Shown here in pieces: positions 18,688-29,129 of a stretch of DNA of 64,000 nucleotides. Source of the stretch: Candidatus Poribacteria bacterium (GTDB lineage Bacteria > Poribacteria > WGA-4E > PCPOR2b); contig OZ242351.1 in the NCBI GenBank assembly GCA_965208675.1, forward strand, positions 3,136,001 through 3,200,000. The letters run 5' to 3'. The notes below the pieces were generated by a model that saw nothing but the letters and a program-made list of their open reading frames with translations, was not told the origin of the DNA and searched no databases. Each line of letters starts with the position of its first letter. The stretch's first letter is position 1. A program made the translations under genes and the position numbers.

Positions 18688-19800
18688 TTGTTGCACCAGC
18701 GCCCAAAGTGTGCTAAAGTAAAATACCTGACACGCAAACGTACCCAAATTACGGCTAACTTAAAATCGAATTTCTGGCGAGGCGCAAGCCTGCTGGTAAT
18801 ACTTCTGATCGGCTGCCATTCAGCCGTGTGGGCTGAAGGCATAAGCGGTTACTTCTTCGGCGATTACTACTACTCCGCTAAATCTCACGATTCAGCCCTC
18901 GAGAATCGAAGCGGATTCCAGTACCGCCGCATCTATTTTACGTACGATAAAGGCATGTCGGATGAGCTCTCAACACGGTTGCGGCTTGAGATGAATAGCC
19001 CCTCCTTTCCCGCCGCCAATGAAAAAAAACGTCTAGAACCGTTTGTCAAACACGCCTATCTCAAATGGAAAAGCCCTGCATGGCGAACTGCAACCTACTT
19101 CGGTCTTTCCGGAACGCCAACCTGGGCAAATGTCGAAAAGGTATGGGGTTATCGCCACGTTACGAAGACATTGCTCGATTTACAAAAACTCGCAGCTAGC
19201 ACAGACTTCGGCGTGGCAGTCAAAGGGAACATTGATGCAGAAAAGAAATTTAGCTACAATCTCATGATTGCAAACGGAATGGGTACTAGCGGCGAGATTG
19301 ACCAGAACAAGAAAGTCTATCTTTCCGTGGCTGCCAGACCCATCAGCGGCATAGTAGTGGAGGTTTATGCGGATGTTGGAGATACCGAAGGCGGCCTCAA
19401 TCAGCGCACCGTTCAAGGCTTTTTGGGTTATCAGCACGATATTTTCCGGCTTGGTGTCCAGGCCGCAAATCAAATCCGTGAACAGGACGATATTGCAGAA
19501 GATTTGAATCTTTCGGGAATTTCGGTTTTCGGCGTAGCGGAAATTACGGAGAATAGGGTATGGGGATTTGCGCGATTTGATAGGATGTTCTCGGCGAACC
19601 CTGACGCTGGAAGAATATCCTATACTCCCTATAGCAACACAGCGAAATCGAATTCGATTATCATCGGGCTTGATTGGAAAGTTATCAAAGACCTTAATAT
19701 TATCCCGAATCTGTTCCTTGTTTTCTACGATCAACCCGACATAGGCGATAAACCAAATACAGATATTATGCCGCGTTTAACGGCATATTTTAGGTTTTAA
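18688..19800 (+). CDS. Outer-membrane beta-barrel porin (phosphate-porin-like); true start probably downstream
   Basis: GYFFGDYYY..GFQYRRIYFTYD..FVKHAYLKW; alternating beta pattern; C-terminal Phe (AYFRF); adjacent to phoX. Confidence 0.7.
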   Translation: MLHQRPKCAKVKYLTRKRTQITANLKSNFWRGASLLVILLIGCHSAVWAEGISGYFFGDYYYSAKSHDSALENRSGFQYRRIYFTYDKGMSDELSTRLRLEMNSPSFPAANEKKRLEPFVKHAYLKWKSPAWRTATYFGLSGTPTWANVEKVWGYRHVTKTLLDLQKLAASTDFGVAVKGNIDAEKKFSYNLMIANGMGTSGEIDQNKKVYLSVAARPISGIVVEVYADVGDTEGGLNQRTVQGFLGYQHDIFRLGVQAANQIREQDDIAEDLNLSGISVFGVAEITENRVWGFARFDRMFSANPDAGRISYTPYSNTAKSNSIIIGLDWKVIKDLNIIPNLFLVFYDQPDIGDKPNTDIMPRLTAYFRF

Positions 19801-20039
19801 TCCCTAGAGAATGAGAACGCACACGCTACCATTGGGAGCAAGGAGATATAACTAGACATCGGCCTGATGCGCAGTCAGAGCATGAAGTTGAGCGAGTTGA
19901 TAGAGCTTGAGTTAAGAATTTGGGTGGATGCGGCGCAAAACGAAAGCCGCTGCTTATCGTTCGCGGTTGTCCCAAAAAAATCATCAATTGAGCGGATAGC
20001 GAAAGCGATAGTTGCTCCTAGTTGGGCGATAGTCTTCTA

Positions 20040-21389
20040 ATGGCAAACCACCTTTACGACCTCATCGTCATCGGCGCCGGGCCGGGCGGTTATATCGCGG
20101 CCGATCGCGCCGGCGCCAAAGGCAAAAAAGTACTGCTAATTGAAAAAAGCAATCTCGGCGGCGTTTGCTTGAATGAAGGGTGTATTCCGAGTAAAACGCT
20201 GCTGCACTCCGCAAAGCTGTTCGTCCAAGCCTGCAACTCCCAAGCCTACGGTGTCACGGTCGAAAACCCGCAATTCAACCTCGCGGACGCAATGTCGCAT
20301 AAAGGTGAAGTTATTCAGAAACTGCGGGCAGGGGTCGCGTATCAGATAAAGCAAAATCGGGTCGAATTACTTCACGGGCAAGCCCGCTTCGCCAATCGCA
20401 ACACAATTCAAGTCAACGGGAAGCAATTTCAAGGCGAGAATATAATCATTGCTGCGGGTTCCTCACCCGTCCGTTTGCCCATTCCCGGCGCGGATGCGGC
20501 GCATGTACTCACCAGCACGAAAATCCTCGAAATTGAAAATTTACCGAAAAACCTAACCATTATCGGCGGTGGTGTCGTCGGCTGCGAGTTCGCATCCTTT
20601 TTTTCCAACGTGGGCGTGAATGTATCAGTCGTCGAAATTTTGCCGGAAATAATCCCAACCCTAGACCCCGAATTTGCCCGGATGCTGCGGAAGTCGATGG
20701 TGGATGTAGATTTCCATCTTGGCAGCACTGTGGAGTCTATCGGAAAAGATACGGTGACGTTTTGTCAAAATGGAGAGTCCACTTCGATTCCTTGTGACCA
20801 CGTCCTGATGTCCGTTGGCAGAAAGCCGAACTTAGAAGGATTAGGGTTGGATGAAATTGGGGTTGACCACAATAGCCGCGGTGTTACAGTCAATGAGTTC
20901 ATGCAGACCAACATTCCGGGCATCTACGCTATTGGGGATATCACGGGCAAATCTATGTTAGCCCATGCCGCCGCGCGGATGGGCGAAGTCGCGGTTAAAC
21001 ACATCCTCGGCGAATGGGATGTTATGCGGTACCACGCGGTACCTTGGGTGGTGTATACATATCCGGAAGTCGCTTGGGTCGGGCTGACGGAAGCGGAGGC
21101 TGCGGATAAAGGCGTCACCGTGAAATGTGCGAAGTTGCCCATGAGCGCCAACGGCCGCTTTCTAGCTGAAAATCCGGGAAAGCGCGGCTTATGCAAGGTA
21201 GTAATTGATTCCGAAAGCAATGCGTTGTTAGGCGTACAGATGATTGGCGCTGCATGTTCCGAGATTATTTACGGCGCCGCAGCCATGATTGAAGATGAAT
21301 TCAGGGTTCAAGACATTCAAGAGGTTATTTTTCCACATCCGACCGTATCGGAAATTTTCAAAGATGCCCTTACGGCAATGCACGCCTAA
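20040..21389 (+). CDS. lpdA: Dihydrolipoyl dehydrogenase (E3)
   Basis: GAGPGG FAD motif, GGVCLNEGCIPSK redox disulfide, GGGVVG NAD motif, HPTVSE. Confidence 0.95.
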   Translation: MANHLYDLIVIGAGPGGYIAADRAGAKGKKVLLIEKSNLGGVCLNEGCIPSKTLLHSAKLFVQACNSQAYGVTVENPQFNLADAMSHKGEVIQKLRAGVAYQIKQNRVELLHGQARFANRNTIQVNGKQFQGENIIIAAGSSPVRLPIPGADAAHVLTSTKILEIENLPKNLTIIGGGVVGCEFASFFSNVGVNVSVVEILPEIIPTLDPEFARMLRKSMVDVDFHLGSTVESIGKDTVTFCQNGESTSIPCDHVLMSVGRKPNLEGLGLDEIGVDHNSRGVTVNEFMQTNIPGIYAIGDITGKSMLAHAAARMGEVAVKHILGEWDVMRYHAVPWVVYTYPEVAWVGLTEAEAADKGVTVKCAKLPMSANGRFLAENPGKRGLCKVVIDSESNALLGVQMIGAACSEIIYGAAAMIEDEFRVQDIQEVIFPHPTVSEIFKDALTAMHA

Positions 21390-21530
21390 AAGCCGCGGAT
21401 TGCCCGACCTGTATAATCTCGCAGACGAATAGCGAGCCATCAACCGAGCGAATAGCGACGGGATCAACCGAGTGAATAGCGAGGGCGATAGTCTTAGCAG
21501 TACCGATAAGGAGAAGGAGTCGATAGGGGA

Positions 21531-23987
21531 ATGCCCAAGTCCCTCACAATAGACCCATCTGACGTTCGCAAAAAGTCAGTCATAAAAAGCCAAGAAATAC
21601 CCGTAAACGCCTACGCAGCAGATCCAAAACAGGAGACTGCACAGTACGGTTCGGAAAACCTAGTACGCATCTATAGAGATATGCTCTATATCCGGGAATT
21701 TGAGGCGATGTTGGATGCAATCAAGAAAGAAGGCGTTTACCAAGGTGTCCAATACAATCATAAGGGGCCGGCGCACCTTTCCATCGGCCAGGAATCCGCT
21801 GCTGTAGGCCAGTCTTACCACCTTTCCCCGGAGGACTTTATCTTTGGCTCTCACCGCAGCCATGGCGAGATTCTCGCCAAGAGTTTCGCCGCCATTGAAA
21901 AGTTGAGCGAACCAGCGTTGATGGATACCATGGAATCTTATATGGATGGCGCTCCGCTTCGCGTCGTAGAGACGTTGACTAAGGGAAATGTCAAAGATCT
22001 CGCCGTCAACTACACCCTCTACGGTACGCTCGCCGAGATTTTTGGGAGAGAATACGGATTCAATAAAGGCATGGGCGGATCCATGCACGCCTTTTTCCTT
22101 CCGTTCGGTGTTATGCCCAACAACGCCATCGTAGGCGGTTCCGCCGATATCGCCGCCGGTGCCGCACTCTTCAAGCGCGTGAACCGAAAGCCGGGTATCG
22201 TCATCGCCAATATCGGCGACGCCTCATTGGGATGCGGCCCAGTTTGGGAAGCCATGATGTTCGCCGCTATGGATCAGTACCGTACCTTATGGGACACGGA
22301 TGTAGGAGGAAACCCGCCAATATTATTCAACTTCATGAACAATTTTTACGGGATGGGCGGCCAACCAAAAGGCGAAACCATGGGCTTTGATGTGCTAGCG
22401 CGCGTGGGGTTAGGTGTCAATCCGGAAGCCATGCACACGGAGCGGGTAGACGGCTACAACCCGCTCGCCGTGGCGGACGCGGTTGCTCGAAAACGGAAGG
22501 TGTTGGAAGCGGGCAATGGTCCCGTCTTGTTGGACACGGTGACCTACCGATTCTCCGGACATTCACCTTCGGACGCCTCCTCTTATCGAGACAAATCGGA
22601 AATTGACCTCTGGAGCCAACAGGACTCACTGGCAAATTACGGGAAATATCTCAAGGAAAACGGCCACGCGGATGATAGCCAACTGGACGAATTTCGGGTT
22701 GATATCGGCGCGCGTCTAAGCAAAGTGTTGGAAGCCGCTGCCTCCTTGGAAATTTCTCCCCGCATAGATGTTCAAGTCGACTCAATTGGCGATGTGATGT
22801 TCTCCAATGAATTCAAAGACCGCATGGACGAACGCGAGCCGGAGGTGTTAATTCCCAAGGAGAATAGCCGCCTCAAAACGACGTTGAGTAAGAACCGGTT
22901 TGGATTGAAAGATGGGAAACCGCTGCCTAAACTTCGGACCTTAACCTACGCCGAGGCGCTTTTCGAAGCCATGATTCACCGATTCTATGAAGACGCTACA
23001 ATGATCGCCTACGGCGAGGAAAACCGGGATTGGGGCGGCGCTTTTAGCGTCTATCGCGGATTAACCGAGTGCCTGGCATATCATCGGCTATTCAACTCTC
23101 CTATTTCCGAGGCGGCGATTGTGGGGACAGCCGTTGGATACGCCCTCTCCGGCGGACGCGTTGTGGCGGAGCTAATGTATTGTGACTTCATGGGGCGCGC
23201 GGGAGATGAAATTTTCAATCAGATGGCGAAATGGCAATCTATGTCCGCCAATGTCTTGCAGATGCCGTTGGTGTTGCGGGTATCTGTCGGCTCGAAGTAC
23301 GGGGCGCAGCATTCCCAAGACTGGTCTTCAATCGTGGCGCATATTCCCGGCTTAAAGGTCATGTTTCCGGCGACCGCATACGATGCGAAGGGTATGTTGA
23401 ACCTGGCGCTGCGCGGCACCGATCCGGTTGTTTTCTTTGAGAGCCAGCGGCTGTATTCCGAACCGGAAACCCTCGTAGAAGACGGCGTACCAACCGAATA
23501 CTATGAAGTAGAGGTGGGCGAACCGGCGCTCCGCCGCCGCGGCGCAGATTTAACTATTGTCACCATTGGCGCCGCCCTCTACAGAGCCATTGAAGCGGCT
23601 GAAGAACTCGAGGAAAAGCACAGCATCTCTACGGAGGTGATTGACGCCCGTTTTCTCAACCCGCTGAATTACGAAATTATCGTTGAATCCGTGAAAAAGA
23701 CCGGGCGGGTCGTCCTAGTCTCAGATGCCTGCGAACGCGGCACTTTTCTCCACACCATGGCGTCGAATATTGCCCAGTTGGCATTTGACCATCTGGACGG
23801 CCCCATCGCCGTGGTTGGCGCACGCAACTGGATTACACCGCCCGCAGAGATGGAAGAAGCCTTCTTCCCACAGAAGGACTGGATCATTGATACAATTCAC
23901 GAGCGGATTTTGCCGATTGCCGGCCATAAGGTAACCACTATACAAACCACCGGAGAGATACTGAGGCGCAATCGGCTCGGGGTATAG
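21531..23987 (+). CDS. Fused E1 alpha/beta subunit of a 2-oxoacid/acetoin dehydrogenase (TPP-dependent)
   Basis: [28 protein letters not shown] motif, TYRFSGHS; beta half with PISEAAIVG and GAQHSQ. Confidence 0.9.
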   Translation: MPKSLTIDPSDVRKKSVIKSQEIPVNAYAADPKQETAQYGSENLVRIYRDMLYIREFEAMLDAIKKEGVYQGVQYNHKGPAHLSIGQESAAVGQSYHLSPEDFIFGSHRSHGEILAKSFAAIEKLSEPALMDTMESYMDGAPLRVVETLTKGNVKDLAVNYTLYGTLAEIFGREYGFNKGMGGSMHAFFLPFGVMPNNAIVGGSADIAAGAALFKRVNRKPGIVIANIGDASLGCGPVWEAMMFAAMDQYRTLWDTDVGGNPPILFNFMNNFYGMGGQPKGETMGFDVLARVGLGVNPEAMHTERVDGYNPLAVADAVARKRKVLEAGNGPVLLDTVTYRFSGHSPSDASSYRDKSEIDLWSQQDSLANYGKYLKENGHADDSQLDEFRVDIGARLSKVLEAAASLEISPRIDVQVDSIGDVMFSNEFKDRMDEREPEVLIPKENSRLKTTLSKNRFGLKDGKPLPKLRTLTYAEALFEAMIHRFYEDATMIAYGEENRDWGGAFSVYRGLTECLAYHRLFNSPISEAAIVGTAVGYALSGGRVVAELMYCDFMGRAGDEIFNQMAKWQSMSANVLQMPLVLRVSVGSKYGAQHSQDWSSIVAHIPGLKVMFPATAYDAKGMLNLALRGTDPVVFFESQRLYSEPETLVEDGVPTEYYEVEVGEPALRRRGADLTIVTIGAALYRAIEAAEELEEKHSISTEVIDARFLNPLNYEIIVESVKKTGRVVLVSDACERGTFLHTMASNIAQLAFDHLDGPIAVVGARNWITPPAEMEEAFFPQKDWIIDTIHERILPIAGHKVTTIQTTGEILRRNRLGV

Positions 23988-24080
23988 GGCGGGACAATCA
24001 ACCGACCCAATAGGGCGGGCGATAGTCTTCGCTCTCCGGTGAGGTAAAGGCTATCGCACTCATTATTCTTTCGCTTAATC

Positions 24081-25289
24081 GTGGTGCAAATGGTTACGTA
24101 TCTTATAGGAACCGCATATTTTTTCCTCATCGTAGAAATCTTAGTCATCATCAAATCATTCGTCTATGCACGTCAAGAAAGGAAAGCGAAGAGACCCGAG
24201 TTTACGCCAAAGGCAGCCATAATTGCGCCGCATTACGGATGGGATACACAGACCGCAGAAAATGCCAAGCGGTTATTGGACCAAGATTACGGCGGCGATT
24301 ATGAAATTTTGTTCGTCACACATCAGACGGGAACATCAGGATACGATATATCCTACCCACACCTCCTTGAGATCGCCGAGGATAGAACTAACGCGCGTGT
24401 GCTCTTGGCGCCGAACATCATCGATAATTCACTGCCGCGGTCCCAGAAGGTGGAGAATCTGATGACGGCGATCGCCGAATTGCCGGACGACGTCGATGTA
24501 ATCGCCTTCGTCGATGCAGATTCAACGGTTCAAAAAGATTGGCTCAAGTTGCTCGTCCAGCCTCTACAGGACAAAGATATCGGCGCAACAGTCGGCGCAC
24601 GGTTTTATGTGCCGCAGCGATTAAATTTTGCTTCGCTCGTCGAGACCATCTGGATTAATTTTCAGATCGCATTCCAAGGCGATCACTCGCTCACAATGGT
24701 ATGGGGCGGATCAAACGCCATTCGGCGCCGTCTCCTTGATGCCGGATCAGTATTGAAACGTTGGGAAAATGCGACTATCGAAGATCACAACCTGACCCAC
24801 ACCGTGAAGGACCTCAAACTTAAAGTGCATTTCGTTCCAGACTGTATCGCGGTTACGCATACCGGTAACCGCACATGGAAACAGATTCTTGAATTTACCA
24901 ATCGGCAGATGGTCATGACCTTCAGGATGGGCCTCAAAGCACAGTGGATTCTCACCCTGTTGGTATTTTTGCCGAAAGCGCTAATTGTATTCGCGTCTAT
25001 CCCGCTCGTGTTTCATTATAATCGGCTCATTCTTGTGTTTTTGGTGCCATTTATCGAAATTCAAAGTTATCGGCTCTTCTCCAAAAATCTACCGCAATGG
25101 CTAAAGGATGACCCGCAGGTGCATGAAAAAATCAGAATATCCTCGTTCGCGGCGCCAACATCGATGTTCCTTGCAGGGCTGAATGCCGTGTACGCCCTAT
25201 TTCAGAACAAAATCGTCTGGGGCGGTGTACGCTACGAAATCCTTTCAGCCACAAAATGCCGTATTTTGGGAAGAATACACACGAAGTGA
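24081..25289 (+). CDS. Membrane GT2/GT21 glycosyltransferase (HpnI/ceramide glucosyltransferase-like)
   Basis: N-terminal TM, QKVENL, FVDAD, WGGSNAIRR, IEDH, C-terminal TMs and IVWGGVRY. Confidence 0.8.
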   Translation: MVQMVTYLIGTAYFFLIVEILVIIKSFVYARQERKAKRPEFTPKAAIIAPHYGWDTQTAENAKRLLDQDYGGDYEILFVTHQTGTSGYDISYPHLLEIAEDRTNARVLLAPNIIDNSLPRSQKVENLMTAIAELPDDVDVIAFVDADSTVQKDWLKLLVQPLQDKDIGATVGARFYVPQRLNFASLVETIWINFQIAFQGDHSLTMVWGGSNAIRRRLLDAGSVLKRWENATIEDHNLTHTVKDLKLKVHFVPDCIAVTHTGNRTWKQILEFTNRQMVMTFRMGLKAQWILTLLVFLPKALIVFASIPLVFHYNRLILVFLVPFIEIQSYRLFSKNLPQWLKDDPQVHEKIRISSFAAPTSMFLAGLNAVYALFQNKIVWGGVRYEILSATKCRILGRIHTK

Positions 25290-25340
25290 AACTATACCTA
25301 ATATAAACAATCTGTAATGGTCATGTAGAAATTAATTCTT

Positions 25341-25373
25341 GAAACCGAGGTTTTTTCTTCAAAACTCGGTTTC
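25341..25373. repeat. GAAACCGAG-N-CTCGGTTTC palindromic repeat (copies at 26721-26753, 51764-51794, 52220-52244)
   Basis: Four intergenic hairpins with the same stem. Confidence 0.75.
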
Positions 25374-25419
25374 TGTAACTAGTTACCGCAAGGCGGATAA
25401 ACTTGGAAAGGAATTTTCA

Positions 25420-26640
25420 ATGCCTGAACGTAGTCGAATATCGCCGCGTTTTTTTGTTAATCAGCTCGCCTCCACGCTGTTAGAAGACTGGTGGACCTCC
25501 TATACGTTCGTCAAATATCAAATCGCAAAAGAGAGTTTTAACTGGCGGCACCCGTTCGGGGCAAAACACGGCCGAGGCGACGCGGTACAACTGGTCAGCC
25601 TGCGTATCACAGATATGTGCAATCTGCGCTGTCACTCCTGCGGTCAATGGGGCGATAACGGTTACCTGCTCGGGAGTTCACTCAAGGAATTGAAACAGCG
25701 CGAGGTACCCGTCGAAACATACAAACGGCTCGTCGATCAGATTGTTGATGCCGGTTGGTCGCCGCTATGGTATATTTGGGGCGGCGAACCCATGCTCTAT
25801 CCCGGCTTAATAGAGTTGCTGTATTACATCAAGGAGCGGGGGATGCCAATCTCGCTCGTGACCAACGCCACAAACGTCGCGAGACGCGCAGACGACATTC
25901 TCGACACCTGCAAAATTCTCTACGTGAGCGTTGACGGTCCCAACGCGGACATCCACAACACGCAGCGCCCGGGCGTTACCGAGAACTACGACAACTTCAA
26001 GGATGTCAAAGCGGCGCTCGAAACTATCAGCGAAGAGAAAAAACGCCGCAATCAGAAATTCCCGTACGTTGTTCCGTTGAGCTGCATCACACAATACAAC
26101 ATCGACGAGGTGGTAGACCTCTACGGATTCACCAGCCAATACGCAGACACGCAAATCTTCTATCTCACGTGGTGGATCGATTCGCAGTCCGCGCAAGAAC
26201 ATTCGATGGATTTCGAGCGGCGGTTCGGTTTTAAGCCGCAAACCCATTTTGGCTGGATTGGCACCTGGAAAGATTTCGATCACGGCGTTATCCTTGATAA
26301 ATTTGAGGAGATGGAAAACATCTCCCGAACCCAAGGACGGTGCCCACCCATGATGATGCCAAAGCTTAACACGCGCGACGATATCAACCGCTACTATACC
26401 AATCACAGCGATTCCTTCGGATATAACCAGTGCGTCAGCATCTTCATGACGCTGGAAATCGACAGCAACGGCGATGTAAGCCTCTGCCGCGATTATCACG
26501 ATTACATCATCGGCAACATCAAAACCGACGCCGTCACAGACATCTGGAACAACGAAGCCGCCGTAAAATTCAGACACTCCATCAGCACCGAGGGAATCAT
26601 GCCGGTATGCCGCCGCTGCTGCGGGTTGATGGGATATTAA
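25420..26640 (+). CDS. Radical SAM / SPASM-twitch domain protein
   Basis: CNLRCHSC (CxxxCxxC), WGGEP, VSVDG, C-terminal C..GDVSLC..CRRCC; start ATG 25420. Confidence 0.9.
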   Translation: MPERSRISPRFFVNQLASTLLEDWWTSYTFVKYQIAKESFNWRHPFGAKHGRGDAVQLVSLRITDMCNLRCHSCGQWGDNGYLLGSSLKELKQREVPVETYKRLVDQIVDAGWSPLWYIWGGEPMLYPGLIELLYYIKERGMPISLVTNATNVARRADDILDTCKILYVSVDGPNADIHNTQRPGVTENYDNFKDVKAALETISEEKKRRNQKFPYVVPLSCITQYNIDEVVDLYGFTSQYADTQIFYLTWWIDSQSAQEHSMDFERRFGFKPQTHFGWIGTWKDFDHGVILDKFEEMENISRTQGRCPPMMMPKLNTRDDINRYYTNHSDSFGYNQCVSIFMTLEIDSNGDVSLCRDYHDYIIGNIKTDAVTDIWNNEAAVKFRHSISTEGIMPVCRRCCGLMGY

Positions 26641-26819
26641 CCAGTTTAAAGAAAATGGGAGGATGGACACCCCTGTCCCAATAATCGGGGCTAGTTTTTG
26701 TCGGTTGGGTAGAAAACTAGAGAAACCGAGTTTTTTGGAAAAACTCGGTTTCTTAAAGTAAGACTTTCCCCTCGTATTCCGCTAAGCCGATCGTTTAAAA
26801 GGAAAGGAAAATCCAACAA

Positions 26820-27683
26820 ATGAAAATAGGTTTACGCATACCGGGCGCAGGCGCGCAAATGCCCTTTGATTCCTTCTGCCGTTGGTGTGTTGACAACGGC
26901 TTTGAAGCAGTTGACGTGGGCACCGTCACACCCCAAATCGCAAAAACCGCAAACGACGCCGGTTTGGTCATCGGCAGCGCTGATATTCAGGGCGTCGGCG
27001 ACTTGCTAAGCGTCAATAAATCCAAGCAGAAAAAAGGCGCCGAAGCCGCGAAAGCCTCAATTCAGGCTGCCGCCGACAACGGCGTCTGTATCATGTTCTG
27101 CGTCCTTGTGCCCGAAGATGGAAGCCTCGGGCGAGTCCCAAACTTTGAAATCTGGAAGGCTGTGTTTCCGCCGATTGTCGAATTTGCGGAGTCTAAGGGT
27201 GTCACCATCGCGCTCGAAGGCTGGCCCGGCCCCCCGCCGCACTATCCTACACTGGGCTGTACCCCTGAAATGCTGCGTCTGATGTACGCTGAATGTCCAT
27301 CCCCATCGCTCGCCCTAAACTACGACCCATCCCACATGATTCGAATGGGTGTGGACTATTTGCGCCTGCTCAATGAATTTGCCTCGTACGTCCGGCACGC
27401 GCACGGAAAAGACACGGTTTTCGATGCAGAAGCCTACTACCTGCACGGCAATCTCGGCCCCACCTTCTACGAACCCCAGACCTTCGGCGAAGATTGGTGG
27501 CGCTACTGCATCCCCGGCGAGGGTTTGACCGATTGGCCCAAGGTAATCAAACGCCTTGAGGACGAAGGCTTTGATGGCATCATCAGCGTCGAACTGGAAG
27601 ACATCCGCTATTACGACGATTGGGAAGCACAAGCCGACGGGCTCCGCCGTTCACGCGACCACCTCGCACAATACATTCGCTAG
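26820..27683 (+). CDS. Sugar phosphate isomerase/epimerase (xylose isomerase-like TIM barrel)
   Basis: IALE, NYDPSH, HAHGKD, PGEG..DW, ISVELED. Confidence 0.88.
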   Translation: MKIGLRIPGAGAQMPFDSFCRWCVDNGFEAVDVGTVTPQIAKTANDAGLVIGSADIQGVGDLLSVNKSKQKKGAEAAKASIQAAADNGVCIMFCVLVPEDGSLGRVPNFEIWKAVFPPIVEFAESKGVTIALEGWPGPPPHYPTLGCTPEMLRLMYAECPSPSLALNYDPSHMIRMGVDYLRLLNEFASYVRHAHGKDTVFDAEAYYLHGNLGPTFYEPQTFGEDWWRYCIPGEGLTDWPKVIKRLEDEGFDGIISVELEDIRYYDDWEAQADGLRRSRDHLAQYIR

Positions 27684-27868
27684 CATTACCGAACCCCGCA
27701 TCCAAATCATGTCAACTCTCATTCCCCTCCTTACCAAGGATGAAGGAGGCTGTAGAGGTGCAAACTGCCGGCAGGTGGCAGGTTCCGAAGATGCCGACGC
27801 ATTATGCACGTGCAGAGATGGCGGAACTGGGGGCGGTTGCAAGGTTCAAGTACGGGAAGTGAGAAAAG

Positions 27869-27938
27869 CAGTGTCCAGTGGCTAGTGGTCAGTAAGATAC
27901 TGCTTTTACCGGCTACTGGCCGCTGGTCACTGGCACTG
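27869..27938. repeat. Heptamer-repeat hairpin between convergent genes (related copy at 14277-14330); possible terminator
   Basis: CAGTGTC CAGTGGC TAGTGGT CAGTAAG ... CTACTGGCCGCTGGTCACTGGCACTG. Confidence 0.6.
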
Positions 27939-27940
27939 TA

Positions 27941-28780
27941 CTATTCTTCCGCCTTCCAGATGACAATAAGCGTGGCGCCGCCTATATCGTCGGGATCTAA
28001 GTGCGTAAGAGATTTGTGGTTGGCATCGCGATTGACGATGAAATCGAAGGAAATATATCCAATACCCATATCCCAATGTTCGCTTACAGTACGACGAGTA
28101 ACCGTCCCGCCGCCCCCCTGATAGGGAGTGGGCCCAAATTCGTCCCTTACCTTGTCCTGGGAGCTGCCGATACCGTTGCAACCTACGGTTTTTGCGGTGT
28201 TCGGCGCGCTTATATCTATTCTGCGAATACGATCGGAACTATCAAGATAAACGATTATTCCGTCGTTTTTCCATTCGTAGTGGTCGACGTCAAAATGTTC
28301 GAGTCCATCGGGGTGAGGTTCGAAGTGATGTTTGGGTATCCCGTACAGTTTAGCAGCGTCACTAAGCAGAGTGCCCAACCTAATGCCCGCAGCTTCCTGA
28401 GCTGGTACGATTAAGGAATGAATAACGCTGACCTCCGCGGTTTTGGAGACGACTTTGTTTGTAGGGTCTTTGACAGATAGTGTGACGGTTGTGACGCCCA
28501 TTTCGATGGGGGCAGTCCAAATCACTTTGGGCTTCGAGTTGGAACTGAGCAATCCGCCCGCCGCTTGCCAGTTGTAAGTCAGTGCATCCCCATCTACGTC
28601 TTGAGTTATCGCTTCAAGCGTTATGCGTGCGCTCGCATGAACTCGTTCCGGAACAAAGATTGTGTTGATGACAGGTGGTGAATTTCGAGGGTTGACGGGC
28701 TCGGGAGCAACGAGGCTCTCATCGTCGCCGCAAGCCGATATGACGATTGAGATAAGGGATAGGGTGAGAATAATTTTCAT
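27941..28780 (-). CDS. Lipoprotein with Ig/PKD-like domain
   Basis: VISAC lipobox; NSPPVI..DVDGDALTYNW..GG..WTAP. Confidence 0.75.
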   Translation of the reverse strand: MKIILTLSLISIVISACGDDESLVAPEPVNPRNSPPVINTIFVPERVHASARITLEAITQDVDGDALTYNWQAAGGLLSSNSKPKVIWTAPIEMGVTTVTLSVKDPTNKVVSKTAEVSVIHSLIVPAQEAAGIRLGTLLSDAAKLYGIPKHHFEPHPDGLEHFDVDHYEWKNDGIIVYLDSSDRIRRIDISAPNTAKTVGCNGIGSSQDKVRDEFGPTPYQGGGGTVTRRTVSEHWDMGIGYISFDFIVNRDANHKSLTHLDPDDIGGATLIVIWKAEE

Positions 28781-29129
28781 AGCTGTTTCCTATGCTGGTA
28801 CGCCAAAGCGTCGAGACTTTCGCCGTTGAGTACAAAGACGAAGGTTTTTAGGTTGGGTAGAGCGATCAACCGACCGAATAGGGAGGGCGATAGTTCTTAC
28901 CTCCAGAAACACGCAACACAGTGCGTATGATTTCCGCGGGTGGAAGCAGTTCAAAAATTGATACGACGTAGCGAAACCCAACGCTTTTTCTGGTCTGTCC
29001 ATATGAAAACGTCTTGACTTCACCGCACATTGGCTGACGCCTTAAATGTAACAAACTGCAACTGCTATAGAAATCATTTCGACATCTTAACACAGCTATG
29101 AGCAACAAAATTCTGCGTGCCTGACCATC

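Noticed and set aside
25289-25420. RiPP precursor for the radical SAM/SPASM enzyme
   Set aside because: No plausible small ORF with an RBS next to the gene; the spacer holds a repeat hairpin
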